NCBI GenBank assembly: GCA_020057295.1
Contig: JAGVGF010000001.1
Span: 96,001-160,000 of the forward strand
Origin: an archaeon
Lineage (GTDB): Archaea > Nanobdellota > Nanobdellia > Woesearchaeales > UBA9642
Direction: 5' to 3'
Length of the DNA stretch: 64,000 bases
In this document: in pieces, positions 41,602 to 51,950 of the stretch
How the letters are laid out: every line of letters begins with the position of its first letter
How positions within the stretch are numbered: position 1 is the stretch's first letter
Program-made: the position numbers and the translations under genes
Notes under the pieces: model-generated
Databases searched by the model: none
Told to the model about the DNA's origin: nothing
What the model saw: only the letters and a program-made list of their open reading frames with translations

Positions 41602-42312
41602 TTATTTTACATCTTTTAATAATTCTATTAAGAATTTTTCTGGATCGCGTGCTAATACATAATGTGATGATAACAGAACTCCTTTAGCTCCATCTCTTAA
41701 TGCAATCTTTAAATCATTATTATCTTTTATTCCCGCTCCTACTAGTACAGGAACATTTCCACACATCTTTACAGCTTTACGTATTATTTCAGGTTTACCT
41801 TGACTTACACTAACTTCTCCACCTATTAATTCTGGTGGTTCTACAGCTATGAATGTCGGTTTAATAAGTTTGAATCCTGAAACTTTTTTGGCTTCAGCAT
41901 AATCTTTAACACATACAATGCTTATCATATCTAATTCTTTTAATTTTATTACACTGCCTTCAATATCTTTAATTACTATGCGTTTTTCAGAATGATTAAG
42001 TAATGATCCTCTAACGTTAATATTTAGTAGATGTTCTGGAATGATATTCCCTGTGCTTTTACCAATTTCTGAATAATCAGAATGTTGAGCATATACTGGA
42101 ATTTTAACGCTTGATGCTACATCTTTCAAATCTATTGCTTGAACACAAACAATAATGTTTAATCCTGTTTGTTCCTGAACTTTCTCTGCTATTTGTGCAA
42201 GTTTTGTCGCATTCAGTCCTGTGCTTTCCTTGTAAGTTTTAAAATTTATTACAATAAAGGGTTTACTAAAATCTAGTTTCTTAGTTATGAATGGTTTTTT
42301 GTTAAATATCAT
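41602..42312 (-). CDS. tpiA: triosephosphate isomerase (archaeal type)
   Basis: INFKTY, NHSEKR, AVEPPELIG and GAGI motifs. Confidence 0.95.
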   Translation of the reverse strand: MIFNKKPFITKKLDFSKPFIVINFKTYKESTGLNATKLAQIAEKVQEQTGLNIIVCVQAIDLKDVASSVKIPVYAQHSDYSEIGKSTGNIIPEHLLNINVRGSLLNHSEKRIVIKDIEGSVIKLKELDMISIVCVKDYAEAKKVSGFKLIKPTFIAVEPPELIGGEVSVSQGKPEIIRKAVKMCGNVPVLVGAGIKDNNDLKIALRDGAKGVLLSSHYVLARDPEKFLIELLKDVK

Positions 42313-42430
42313 ACTACATAATAATAACTGGTATTTATAAGACTTATTACCCACTCTGATGGAGATACAATATATAAATTAAGATTATGTTCGCATAAAC
42401 CTTTATAAACAATATTCTAGTCTCTAAATA

Positions 42431-43096
42431 ATGAATGAAGTAAAATCATTTAATAATATCCCGAACATTCGAATAGTTAATAACAAAAAAGTTTTTAATT
42501 GTACACAATGTGGTGAATGTTGTCATATCAGAGAAAAAGATAAAAACATAAGCGATAAAGAAGAAGCTGATTATCGTCAATACATGTTTACTAATTTTGG
42601 GATAATATACTTAGCTAAACTTTCTGATATTACTATAAATGTATGGCCTGAAGAAGCCGAAGCCTTGAAAAAGGAAGCTAAAGATAAAAAAATAAATATA
42701 AAGATTTTACCAAAAAGAGCAGTATATGATTCTAAAAATCATGAATTAACAATTTTAGATTATTATATTGATCATGATGTTTGTCCGTTTTTTGATGCAA
42801 AAAATAGACTTTGCGGCGTATACATGCATAGACCTATAATTTGTCGATCATATCCGTTATTAACAACAAAAAACCTCGGCAAATGCGAATATAAATTATC
42901 TAATCCTAATGATTATGCTGATGAAAAGTTTGAAGCTGAAAAACTTGAAAAGATGGTAAATTTACAGAAAAGCATACTCAAAGATTTGGTGGATAAAGGA
43001 GAGATTGTTATTCCTGAAAGTATTAGCGTTGATGAAATGGAAAATATTATAACAACAGCCAAATTTAAAGAATTAAGGATAATGGATAAGATATAA
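42431..43096 (+). CDS. YkgJ-family cysteine-cluster protein
   Basis: CTQCGECC, CPFF and CGVYMHRPIICRSYP. Confidence 0.88.
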   Translation: MNEVKSFNNIPNIRIVNNKKVFNCTQCGECCHIREKDKNISDKEEADYRQYMFTNFGIIYLAKLSDITINVWPEEAEALKKEAKDKKINIKILPKRAVYDSKNHELTILDYYIDHDVCPFFDAKNRLCGVYMHRPIICRSYPLLTTKNLGKCEYKLSNPNDYADEKFEAEKLEKMVNLQKSILKDLVDKGEIVIPESISVDEMENIITTAKFKELRIMDKI

Positions 43097-43169
43097 AAAA
43101 TTTCTTAAGATAAAAAAGAATTTAATATAAAATTTAGAGAAAATGTATTAAAAAAAATAATATAAGAAT

Positions 43170-43493
43170 TTATAACTCAAATATTTTTGGATCCACTTGC
43201 TTCTTATTTGGCAAAGTTATCCTTTGTTGCTCTGCAACTTTTGGATCAAGTGATACATCAACATTTCTTATTGGTACTCTTGGTCTTGCTGGAGCATTTG
43301 ATTGCTGCGCTACAGGTGCTGGTGTTGATTGCTGCTTCTTTTGCCAACATTTTTCACAATACTTCTTGCCATTAGCAACAGTTAAACATTCTTCACATAT
43401 TGGTTTACCACACCATCCACAATTATATGTGCATTCTATTTGATGTTTCATACATCTTGGTCCAGATACAGTTTTAATAGCCATCTTAGTCAC
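43170..43493 (-). CDS. Zn-finger (B-box-like) hypothetical protein
   Basis: CMKH, CGWCGKPICEEC and YCEKC. Confidence 0.75.
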   Translation of the reverse strand: MTKMAIKTVSGPRCMKHQIECTYNCGWCGKPICEECLTVANGKKYCEKCWQKKQQSTPAPVAQQSNAPARPRVPIRNVDVSLDPKVAEQQRITLPNKKQVDPKIFEL

Positions 43494-43542
43494 CTTTGAA
43501 TAATATACTCACCACTTTATGATAGATTATACAATAACCCAT

Positions 43543-44349
43543 TTATATAGTTTTGGGTTTAATCTTCCATAGTTTCCATAGGAAAACACATGAGACTACA
43601 ATTATAACTAAACTTACCCATTGTCCAACGTTCAAACTTATGCCTAAGAATGTGTATAATAGTTCATCTCTATAGAATGTTACTATAAATCTTAAGATAC
43701 TATAAGTTAATACAAATGTCCAAAATATCGTACCTTTACGATAAGTTTTTCTGACTTTCTCATGATATATATAGTATGAGGATAAAATTCCAAACATTAC
43801 AAAATTTGCTATTGATTCATAAATTTGTGTAGGATGTCTGCAATAATCATCTATTCTTTTAAACACTACACACCATGGTGTAGACTGTGAGTCTGTTATT
43901 CTTCCATATAGTTCTGAATTAGTATAATTAGCTAATTTACCTATTACTAATGCAAATGCTGTAGGTATAACTAGTAAATCCGCTATATCATAGAAATGTA
44001 TCTTATATTTTTTGCAAAATAGTATAGTTACTATTATCGCGCCGATTAATCCGCCTTGAAATGCTAAACCTCCATTCCATATCATATATATCTGAGATAA
44101 ATCATTCGCATAATCAGGCCAACTGTAGATAAATATGTCAAATAACCTTGCCATTATTATAGAACCAATTATTAACCATAGAAAGTATGAGTCTAATTGA
44201 TCGTATGATAATTTAAGTTTCTTTTTACTGATATTATATCTTAAGAATAAATATCCTAGAATGAATCCTATAACGTACACTAGACCGTAATATCTTATGT
44301 CAAATGGTCCAATTCTAAGCAGTACAGGATTTATATTATTAATGAACAT
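43543..44349 (-). CDS. lgt: prolipoprotein diacylglyceryl transferase homolog
   Basis: IRYYGL, GARL-like MARL, WNGGLAFQGG, ANYTNSELYG, RHPTQIYE and YSILRF. Confidence 0.9.
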   Translation of the reverse strand: MFINNINPVLLRIGPFDIRYYGLVYVIGFILGYLFLRYNISKKKLKLSYDQLDSYFLWLIIGSIIMARLFDIFIYSWPDYANDLSQIYMIWNGGLAFQGGLIGAIIVTILFCKKYKIHFYDIADLLVIPTAFALVIGKLANYTNSELYGRITDSQSTPWCVVFKRIDDYCRHPTQIYESIANFVMFGILSSYYIYHEKVRKTYRKGTIFWTFVLTYSILRFIVTFYRDELLYTFLGISLNVGQWVSLVIIVVSCVFLWKLWKIKPKTI

Positions 44350-44433
44350 GATAAAACAAAAGCTTAGAAATATATAAATTTGATTATATTAACATGTTAT
44401 ACACAAAATATAAAAAAATATTCTAAAAAATGA

Positions 44434-44964
44434 TTATATTAGATACTTTCTATCTATTGGTGTGAAATCGTCTGCTACATCTAATAATTTTGAACTTGTT
44501 GTTTTTTCAAATCCTATAACTTCAACTCTACATCCTAAACCCTTAAGGTAAAGTACTAAATCTGCAAAATCTCCATCACCAGATACTAAAACTATTGTAT
44601 CGACTTTTGGAGCAAGTCTTATTGTGTCCATTGCTATTCCAACGTCCCAGTCTCCTTTCTTATGTCCTCCGACAAATATTTGTAAATCTTTACTTTTAAC
44701 TTCAAAACCTACATTTTTTAATGCTTCACGAAAATTGTTTTCATCAGGCATGTCTGCTTTGATTACATACGCTAATGCCCTGATTAATCTTCTGTTAGAT
44801 ACTGCTTTTTTTATTAACATTCCAAAATTTACTTTTCTATTGAATAAATTTTTTCCAGAGTAATACATATTTTGTACATCTACAAACACAGCTACTTTCT
44901 GATCTTTATGTTTTAACGAATCTTCATTTTTATTACTTGCTGTTATTCTATTAATCATTGCCAT
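44434..44964 (-). CDS. NYN/LabA-DUF88 PIN-fold nuclease
   Basis: FVDVQN, KGDWDV and SGDGDF motifs. Confidence 0.92.
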   Translation of the reverse strand: MAMINRITASNKNEDSLKHKDQKVAVFVDVQNMYYSGKNLFNRKVNFGMLIKKAVSNRRLIRALAYVIKADMPDENNFREALKNVGFEVKSKDLQIFVGGHKKGDWDVGIAMDTIRLAPKVDTIVLVSGDGDFADLVLYLKGLGCRVEVIGFEKTTSSKLLDVADDFTPIDRKYLI

Positions 44965-45006
44965 TGATTCACCTTGTTTATATTTTGTATAATTTATTGC
45001 ATTGCA

Positions 45007-45450
45007 CTATTCAATCATGCACTTGCATTTCTTATATTTCACTGTCCCGTCTAAGGATTTCAATATTATTTTATTCTCTTTCTTAATATTTTTTCCATAT
45101 GGACAGTTTGAAACATGTATAATATTAGATTTTTTTGATACATAATACTTTTTTGACTGTTTCAAGTCTTTAAGTATTTCCTGCTTTTTTTCAGATAAAA
45201 CTTTTTCTTTCACGGAATCTTGCACAATACTTATTTTGTCTTTATCGCTCGAGAATTTTTCTGCAACCTTTTCCTTTAATAAAGTGTTTATAGCATCTTT
45301 TGTTAATATCAAATCTTCCTTACGATATATTATATTACACTGTTTACAAAAATATAAGTACATATCGTTACCCTTAACGTCACTATGACATATAGGGCAT
45401 GCCTTTTCTAATGTTTCTATACTCTCTGACTTGTTCCTAAATAGCGCCAT
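45007..45450 (-). CDS. Zn-ribbon hypothetical protein with an Ada-like C-terminal metal site
   Basis: CPIC...CKQC and SKKSNIIHVSNC...YKKCKC. Confidence 0.7.
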   Translation of the reverse strand: MALFRNKSESIETLEKACPICHSDVKGNDMYLYFCKQCNIIYRKEDLILTKDAINTLLKEKVAEKFSSDKDKISIVQDSVKEKVLSEKKQEILKDLKQSKKYYVSKKSNIIHVSNCPYGKNIKKENKIILKSLDGTVKYKKCKCMIE

Positions 45451-45493
45451 TATTGGCTTAAGATTGTCTGATTTATATTTGTTACCATTTCAA

Positions 45494-45605
45494 TAAACTA
45501 TCAAAACTTCGTTTTGGGAGTTTCTCGGAAAACTTTCAGTTTTCCAGTAAACTGAAAAAACTTCGTTTTGAAGTTTTCTGGAAATCAAAGATTTCCAGTA
45601 AACTA
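45494..45605. repeat. tandem 54/51-nt double-hairpin repeat
   Basis: two units TAAACT..AAAACTTCGTTTT..AGTTT..GGAAA-loop-TTTCCAG plus a terminal TAAACT. Confidence 0.85.
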
Positions 45606-45635
45606 TTTAAATCACTCTCTAATCTTTGATTCTAG

Positions 45636-48600
45636 ATGAAATCTTATAATTTTAAGGAAGTTGAAGCTGAAATATTGAAGTTTTGGGAAGATAATGATAC
45701 TTATAAGAAAGTAAAGCATAAAAATCATGGTAAAGAAAAGTTTTATTGGCTTCAAGGTCCACCATATACTTCTGGTAGAATACATTTAGGAACAGCTTGG
45801 AATCATTTTCTTAAAGATCAAATGTTACGTTATAAGAGAATGCGTGGATTTGATGTGTGGGATCGTGGAGGATATGATATGCACGGTCTTCCTACAGAGA
45901 GTAAAGTTCAAAAAAAATTCAACTTGGATACTAAAAAGGATATTATAGCGTTTGGTTTAGAAAAATTTTCTCATGAATGTTTCAAATTTTCTGAAGAGAA
46001 TGCACATATAATGAGTCAAGACTTATGGAATATGGGTGTTTGGATGAATAACGAGAATGCGTACATGCCAATTCATAACTCATTTATGGAAGGAGAATGG
46101 TTCTTAATAAAAAAGGCACATGAAAAGAACAGATTATACAAGAGCGGAAAAGTTATGACATGGTGTAAATCATGTGAGACTGCATTAGCAAAACATGAGC
46201 TAGAATATAAGAATGTTAAGGATAAATCAATATTTGTAAAATTTAAAGTTTTAGGAAAGGAAGATGAATACTTAATTATTTGGACAACAACACCTTGGAC
46301 TATTCCATTTAATTTAGCTGTAATGGTTAATCCAGAATTAGATTATTTGAGAGCTAAAGTTTTAGTTGATGAAAAATCTAAAAAAAGTGAAACATGGATT
46401 GTTTCTAGTGTTCTTGCCGGAGTGTTTATTAATGGTGTTGCAAATCACAAGTTTGAAATAATTGAAGAATTTAAAGGAGATAAACTTCTAGGAGTTCAAT
46501 ATGAACATCCATTCCATAATGAAATTGCAGAATATAAAGAGTTAAAGAAAAATCATAAAAATGTACATTCAGTAATTCTATCCGAAGAATATGTAGATAT
46601 AAGTGCTGGAACCGGCCTTGTTCATTGCGCTCCAGGATGTGGTCCTGAAGATTTTGAAGTTGGTAAGAAATATAGTATTCCGCCATTCAATAGTATTGAC
46701 GAGTTGGGCGTATTTCCGGAATCTACAACAAGATTTTCTGGATTGATTGCAAAGGCTGATGATAACCTATTTATAGATATATTAAGAGAAAAAGGCGCAT
46801 TAATTGAGACAACATATGTTGAACACGAATATGCACATTGTAACAGATGCCATAATCCTGTAATCTTTAGACTGACTGAACAATGGTTCTTTAAGACTGA
46901 AGATATTAAGGATAGAATGTTAGAGTTTAATAAAGATATTAATTGGGTTCCAGAAACTGCAAAGAATGCATTTGATTCATGGTTAAGAAATTTGAAAGAT
47001 AACTCTATAACTAAACAGAGATATTGGGGAACTGCTGTTCCAATATGGATTTGTGATAATGATAAATGTAACAAGTATGAAGTTATTGGATCAATAAAAG
47101 AATTAAAAGAAAAAGCAATAACGCCCGTACCAGATAGTTTGCATAAGCCTTGGATTGATAATGTAAAATTAAAATGTTCATGCGGACATGACATGACTAG
47201 AATTCCAGATGTTTTAGATGTATGGATTGATGCAGGAACTTCATCATGGAACTGTCTAGATTATCCTCAACAGACTGAATTATTTGATAAATATTTCCCA
47301 GCAGACTTTATTGTAGAAGGTAAAGATCAAATCCGAGGATGGTTCAACTTATTAATGGTAGCGTCAACTCTAGCTTTTGATAAACCAGCATTCAAAAATG
47401 TTAGTATGCACGGATTCATTACTGATGTTGAAGGGGAGAAGATGTCTAAATCTTTAGGCAATATCATAGCACCATCAGAAGTAATGGATAAATATGGTTC
47501 AGACACGTTAAGATGTTATTCTGTAGATATAACTATTGGCGATGATATGAACTATTCATGGAATGAAGTTGCATTAAAATATAAGAATTTAATGATATTA
47601 TGGAATTTACACAATTTCTTAATAGACTTCCAAATTAATAATAATCTAAAATTATCACACACGCCAGTATTAGATGATGAAGAACATTACATGCTATCAA
47701 GATTACATTCAACCATTAAACAAGTTACGGAAAAACTAGATTCATATCATCTTGACAGTACACCACATTTAGTTGAAAAACTATATATGGATTTATCCAG
47801 AATATATATACAATTAGTTAGAGAAAAATCTGTAATAGGAACAGAACAAGAAAAAGAAGCAATATTATACACCATATATCATGTATTATTAGAATCACTA
47901 AAAATGTTAAGCATAGTATGTCCATTCATTACTGAAAAGATTTATCAAAATTTGAGGGAACATAAAATATTTGGTTTAGAAAAAGAATCAATACATGATT
48001 TTGACTGGACTGCAAGTAATAATAGTTTAATAAATACTGATTTAGAAGGTTCAATGGATCATGTACAAAATGTTATACAATCAATATTATCCTGTAGAGA
48101 TAAACTAAATTTAGGTGTAAGATGGCCATTATCAGAATGTATAATAGATACTAGCGATAAAGATGTTAATCACGCTGTTGAAATCTTAAAATCATTAATA
48201 GAAAAACAAGTTAATATTAAAAAGATAATATTAAAACCTATGGATGTTGAACTAAGTGTTAAGCCGAATTTTAAAACATTAGGAAAAGATTTCGGCCAGA
48301 AAACGCATACTGTTGTTAATTTAATTACTGAAAATGCTGGAAAAATTGCTGGACACATTAAAGAAAATAAATCTTACAATGTTGAAGGTTTCGAAATTAC
48401 AAGTAATCATGTTCAGATTGAAAAAATTTGTCCACCAGATTATATCATGTCAGATGTTACTGGAGGAACATTATATGTTAACAAGAACAGTACTCCAGAA
48501 TTAGAACTTGAAGGATATGCTAGAGAGATTGTTAGGAGAATACAACAATTAAGAAAAGATAGCAATCTAAATAAACGTGATGTTATAGAATTATATATTA

Positions 48601-48758
48601 TAACAGACCTAGAAATTAACAATTTTGAAGACATGATTAAAGAAAAATGCGGCGCTAGCAAGATAATATTCCAAGAAAATACATTCAACAAATTCGATGC
48701 AGAAATCACAGAAAAAATCAAGGGTAAAGAAGTAAAGATAATGTTTAATAAAGTGTAG
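45636..48758 (+). CDS. ileS: isoleucine-tRNA ligase
   Basis: GPPYTSG-HLGT, WTTTPWT, GTGLVH, EGKDQIRGWF and KMSKS motifs. Confidence 0.96.
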   Translation: MKSYNFKEVEAEILKFWEDNDTYKKVKHKNHGKEKFYWLQGPPYTSGRIHLGTAWNHFLKDQMLRYKRMRGFDVWDRGGYDMHGLPTESKVQKKFNLDTKKDIIAFGLEKFSHECFKFSEENAHIMSQDLWNMGVWMNNENAYMPIHNSFMEGEWFLIKKAHEKNRLYKSGKVMTWCKSCETALAKHELEYKNVKDKSIFVKFKVLGKEDEYLIIWTTTPWTIPFNLAVMVNPELDYLRAKVLVDEKSKKSETWIVSSVLAGVFINGVANHKFEIIEEFKGDKLLGVQYEHPFHNEIAEYKELKKNHKNVHSVILSEEYVDISAGTGLVHCAPGCGPEDFEVGKKYSIPPFNSIDELGVFPESTTRFSGLIAKADDNLFIDILREKGALIETTYVEHEYAHCNRCHNPVIFRLTEQWFFKTEDIKDRMLEFNKDINWVPETAKNAFDSWLRNLKDNSITKQRYWGTAVPIWICDNDKCNKYEVIGSIKELKEKAITPVPDSLHKPWIDNVKLKCSCGHDMTRIPDVLDVWIDAGTSSWNCLDYPQQTELFDKYFPADFIVEGKDQIRGWFNLLMVASTLAFDKPAFKNVSMHGFITDVEGEKMSKSLGNIIAPSEVMDKYGSDTLRCYSVDITIGDDMNYSWNEVALKYKNLMILWNLHNFLIDFQINNNLKLSHTPVLDDEEHYMLSRLHSTIKQVTEKLDSYHLDSTPHLVEKLYMDLSRIYIQLVREKSVIGTEQEKEAILYTIYHVLLESLKMLSIVCPFITEKIYQNLREHKIFGLEKESIHDFDWTASNNSLINTDLEGSMDHVQNVIQSILSCRDKLNLGVRWPLSECIIDTSDKDVNHAVEILKSLIEKQVNIKKIILKPMDVELSVKPNFKTLGKDFGQKTHTVVNLITENAGKIAGHIKENKSYNVEGFEITSNHVQIEKICPPDYIMSDVTGGTLYVNKNSTPELELEGYAREIVRRIQQLRKDSNLNKRDVIELYIITDLEINNFEDMIKEKCGASKIIFQENTFNKFDAEITEKIKGKEVKIMFNKV

Positions 48759-48861
48759 AGTAAATTTAAAAAATTCTACTTAAACCTTCTAATCAATTTT
48801 CACGATATTTTATCAAAACCTTTATATATTAGTTAAGCCCCTTATTCTCTATAACGTAGGG

Positions 48862-49332
48862 GTGCGTGGATTGAATAAGATTGCTATTGATAGATCGTTA
48901 GCAGAGATAACATTACGAAAATACGAGAAACCAGATTCTCTAAAAGATCGTGAACTCGTAAGAAAACTTTGCTTAAGTGTAGGATTATTACAACCAGGAG
49001 ATTCTAGAGATATTATTGTAGATATAATTTTTGTAATACTAAAGGCTCCAGGACCATTAACATCTATGGAAGTGGAAGAGAATGTTATTGCTTACAGAAA
49101 AGAAAACAATCTACAATTATTAGGAATTGCATCAAGCAACATTAGAAGACAATTATTAAGATTAAGAGAATTATTTATTGTTGAAAAAGTAAAGAACAGC
49201 TATATAATTAATGAAAACAGTAGACTTACTGAAATATTTGCTGAAAAGATTGAAAAATATTATCTAAATTCTATTGTTGAACGTGTTAAAGAATACGTTT
49301 TAGAAATTGATAAAAGATTTCCAAGACAATGA
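48862..49332 (+). CDS. hypothetical winged-helix-like protein
   Basis: ASSNIRRQLLRLRELFIVEK...Y pattern. Confidence 0.7.
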   Translation: MRGLNKIAIDRSLAEITLRKYEKPDSLKDRELVRKLCLSVGLLQPGDSRDIIVDIIFVILKAPGPLTSMEVEENVIAYRKENNLQLLGIASSNIRRQLLRLRELFIVEKVKNSYIINENSRLTEIFAEKIEKYYLNSIVERVKEYVLEIDKRFPRQ

Positions 49333-50429
49333 AATCAGAGCATAGTTCTACAGTATACGAGCCACAAGAGGATTCATTTCTATTGCAGAAGCAAGTTATA
49401 AAATATGCTAAAGGAAAAGTTTTAGATGTAGGAACGGGTTCAGGAATTCAAGGTAATACTGCGAAAAAAAATAAGAAAGTTACAAGTGTTACATACACAG
49501 ATATCAATCCTAAAGTTAAAAAAATTGTGAAAAATGCAATAATAACAGACCTTTTCAATGGAGTTAAAGGACGATTCAATACAATCATATTTAATCCACC
49601 ATATCTACCAAAAGATGAACTAGACAATGAAGAGTTAATAACAACAGGCGGAAAGGAAGGATATGAGATAATTGAAAAATTTCTAAGGGGAGCAAAAAGC
49701 CATCTGGAACCTGAAGGAATAATTCTACTCTTATTTAGCTCATTAACAAAAAAGAGCAAAATCGATAAAATAATAAAAGACTTAAAGTTTAAGAAACTTC
49801 AAGTTGCCAAACAAGGACTTTTTATGGAACAACTATATGTATACGTAATTAAGAGTTCTAATGATTTAATGCATGGACAAAGAGGAATAGTAGAAATTAA
49901 AAAAATAAAAAATAAATTAGTAGCGATAAAAAGGAAAAAGAACGATTCGTACAATCCTACAATTGAAGCAAATTTTTTGAAAATACTAAATAGGTGGGGA
50001 ATTGGACCAAAACTTATAAGTTATGATAATTCATCAATAACAATTGAATATATCGAGGGAGAAAGAATAATTGATTATTTTGAAAGCCATAATAAAAAAG
50101 AAATATTAAATGTGATAAAATTAATGCTTAATCAAGTAATACTCTTAGATAAATTAAACATAAATAAGTTAGAATTAACCAATCCATACAAACATATAAT
50201 CGTAAAAAATAATATCCCATATCAAATTGATTTCGAAAGATGTAATTATACTAATAAAACAAAAAACGTAAATCAATTTGTCCAATTTCTAGTTTCAGGA
50301 AGATTAAAACACATATTTGAATCAAAAGAAGTAAAAATAGATAAAGAAAAGATTTTAGACTCGGCAAAAAAATATAAAGAAAATTATGATGAAAAATATT
50401 TCAATATGATTATAGAATGTATAAAATAA
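49329..50429 (+). CDS. HemK2/PrmC-like methyltransferase fused to a RIO/Bud32-like kinase domain
   Basis: VYEPQEDS, LDVGTGSG, FNPPYLP; then VAIK, EANFL, EYIEG and IDFE. Confidence 0.85.
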   Translation: MKSEHSSTVYEPQEDSFLLQKQVIKYAKGKVLDVGTGSGIQGNTAKKNKKVTSVTYTDINPKVKKIVKNAIITDLFNGVKGRFNTIIFNPPYLPKDELDNEELITTGGKEGYEIIEKFLRGAKSHLEPEGIILLLFSSLTKKSKIDKIIKDLKFKKLQVAKQGLFMEQLYVYVIKSSNDLMHGQRGIVEIKKIKNKLVAIKRKKNDSYNPTIEANFLKILNRWGIGPKLISYDNSSITIEYIEGERIIDYFESHNKKEILNVIKLMLNQVILLDKLNINKLELTNPYKHIIVKNNIPYQIDFERCNYTNKTKNVNQFVQFLVSGRLKHIFESKEVKIDKEKILDSAKKYKENYDEKYFNMIIECIK

Positions 50430-50434
50430 AAAAA

Positions 50435-51133
50435 TTATTTAAGATAATATTCTCTAGTTTCTCTACGATTACTAAATTTTAATCCCTTAGATTCCATTGT
50501 CTTTCTAGAATATTTGCTTAATGTTGATGATGATATATGCATACCATATTTTTTCTCTAGATACAATGATGCCTCTTTTAAACTCATTTCTGATCTAGTG
50601 TATAATTTTACCATTTCATTCCTCATATCTTTTGGCGCGATTCTTGAATCATAATACATTGGTTTTAATGTAGCATATTCAGGGTCAATAGTCTTTTTCA
50701 CCATTACATCTCTTAACAACGATTCAATACTATCGATTTTTGATCCTGTCTCTTCATTAATCACTTCCTGAACTCTTTCTAGACTAGAATTTTTATATCT
50801 ATTTGTTATATCTATTATCTTGTTTAAAGTTTTTTTAGATAGATTGTTGTATGAATTGCGTGTAAATCTTTGTGATTCGTTTCTTAAAATACTATCTAAA
50901 CTGTTAAAATCTTCTTTAATATTATACATTTTTTTTACAATATTATTTCTATCAATAATTAAATCTCTATACACTCCCACCAGACCATTACTTTGATATG
51001 CTAGTCTATTAAATGAATTGTTTGCATAAGTGAATAATTCTTTGAAGTCTGTAAATATTCTTGTCTTTATATCTTTAAATGCGTAATATCCATCAATTAG
51101 TTTGTTTAGTATCATTTTATTTAATATTTCCAA
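50435..51133 (-). CDS. hypothetical protein with a C-terminal HTH
   Basis: MSLKEASLYLEKKYGMHISSSTLSKY. Confidence 0.7.
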   Translation of the reverse strand: MEILNKMILNKLIDGYYAFKDIKTRIFTDFKELFTYANNSFNRLAYQSNGLVGVYRDLIIDRNNIVKKMYNIKEDFNSLDSILRNESQRFTRNSYNNLSKKTLNKIIDITNRYKNSSLERVQEVINEETGSKIDSIESLLRDVMVKKTIDPEYATLKPMYYDSRIAPKDMRNEMVKLYTRSEMSLKEASLYLEKKYGMHISSSTLSKYSRKTMESKGLKFSNRRETREYYLK

Positions 51134-51695
51134 ATCTATCCATAGTTCTTCTTACACCATTGACATAAACTGTGAAAATTTCTTCTGCTTGATTTTCTTT
51201 ATTAGTCTGCAAAGAATATGCCTCCGAAATCTGCGGTCGTATTTTTGATGGTTTAATAACTTGAGAATCTTTTTTTACTTCTGATAATTGTTTCAACTGG
51301 GCATCATATTGTGCTTCGTTAATCTTTTTCTCTAGCTCCTTTGTTGGTTCATCTAATTTTTTAAAGTAATTTCCTTCAACAGGCCATTTTCCTTCGCGTA
51401 TCAATTCCCTATTTATAGTCTTATCTAATGAGTCTTTTTGCCATTCTAGATGTAATTTATCTCTTTCATACAATTGCTCCTGTACGGTTTTTTGTTTCAA
51501 TATTTCTATACTTGCAGGTACGATTTCTTTATTACACGTATATACGCTGGATAATAATGCAAATCCTCCAATTACTCCAAACGTCATTTTTCTATTGATA
51601 TATCTATTTTTGGCTATCCAGTGCCCTAATGCTCCACTGCCTATTAGCAAGGCGCCATAACCTATTTTTTTACCTAATTCCGCCATTTGTATCAC
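51117..51695 (-). CDS. hypothetical membrane-anchored protein
   Basis: two N-terminal hydrophobic segments; translationally coupled. Confidence 0.7.
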   Translation of the reverse strand: MIQMAELGKKIGYGALLIGSGALGHWIAKNRYINRKMTFGVIGGFALLSSVYTCNKEIVPASIEILKQKTVQEQLYERDKLHLEWQKDSLDKTINRELIREGKWPVEGNYFKKLDEPTKELEKKINEAQYDAQLKQLSEVKKDSQVIKPSKIRPQISEAYSLQTNKENQAEEIFTVYVNGVRRTMDRFGNIK

Positions 51696-51949
51696 CTATT
51701 ATAATCTATAATATTATGATAAATTTTTATAACTGTATTAAGTGCTGGTTTTCCAAAAGTGTTTTCGATATAGTATGACGCAATATTATTATCTAAAGCT
51801 CTGGGATCTTTAGATGCAATATTCTTAACTACTGTTGTAACTCCATTTACTGTCCTAGAAATGTTATCCAAGAAATCAATTCCTTGAACAACATCGTCTA
51901 TGAATTTAGTTTGTATTTTCTCTTTCCAACTAATAGTTTGTTCAGTCAT
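51692..51949 (-). CDS. hypothetical protein
   Basis: coupled to both neighbours (TAA-A-ATG and GTGA overlap). Confidence 0.65.
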   Translation of the reverse strand: MTEQTISWKEKIQTKFIDDVVQGIDFLDNISRTVNGVTTVVKNIASKDPRALDNNIASYYIENTFGKPALNTVIKIYHNIIDYNR

Positions 51950-51950
51950 T

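Noticed and set aside
45494-45605. Possible mini-CRISPR array
   Set aside because: The units are similar along their whole length with no unique spacers, there are only two, and no cas genes are present.
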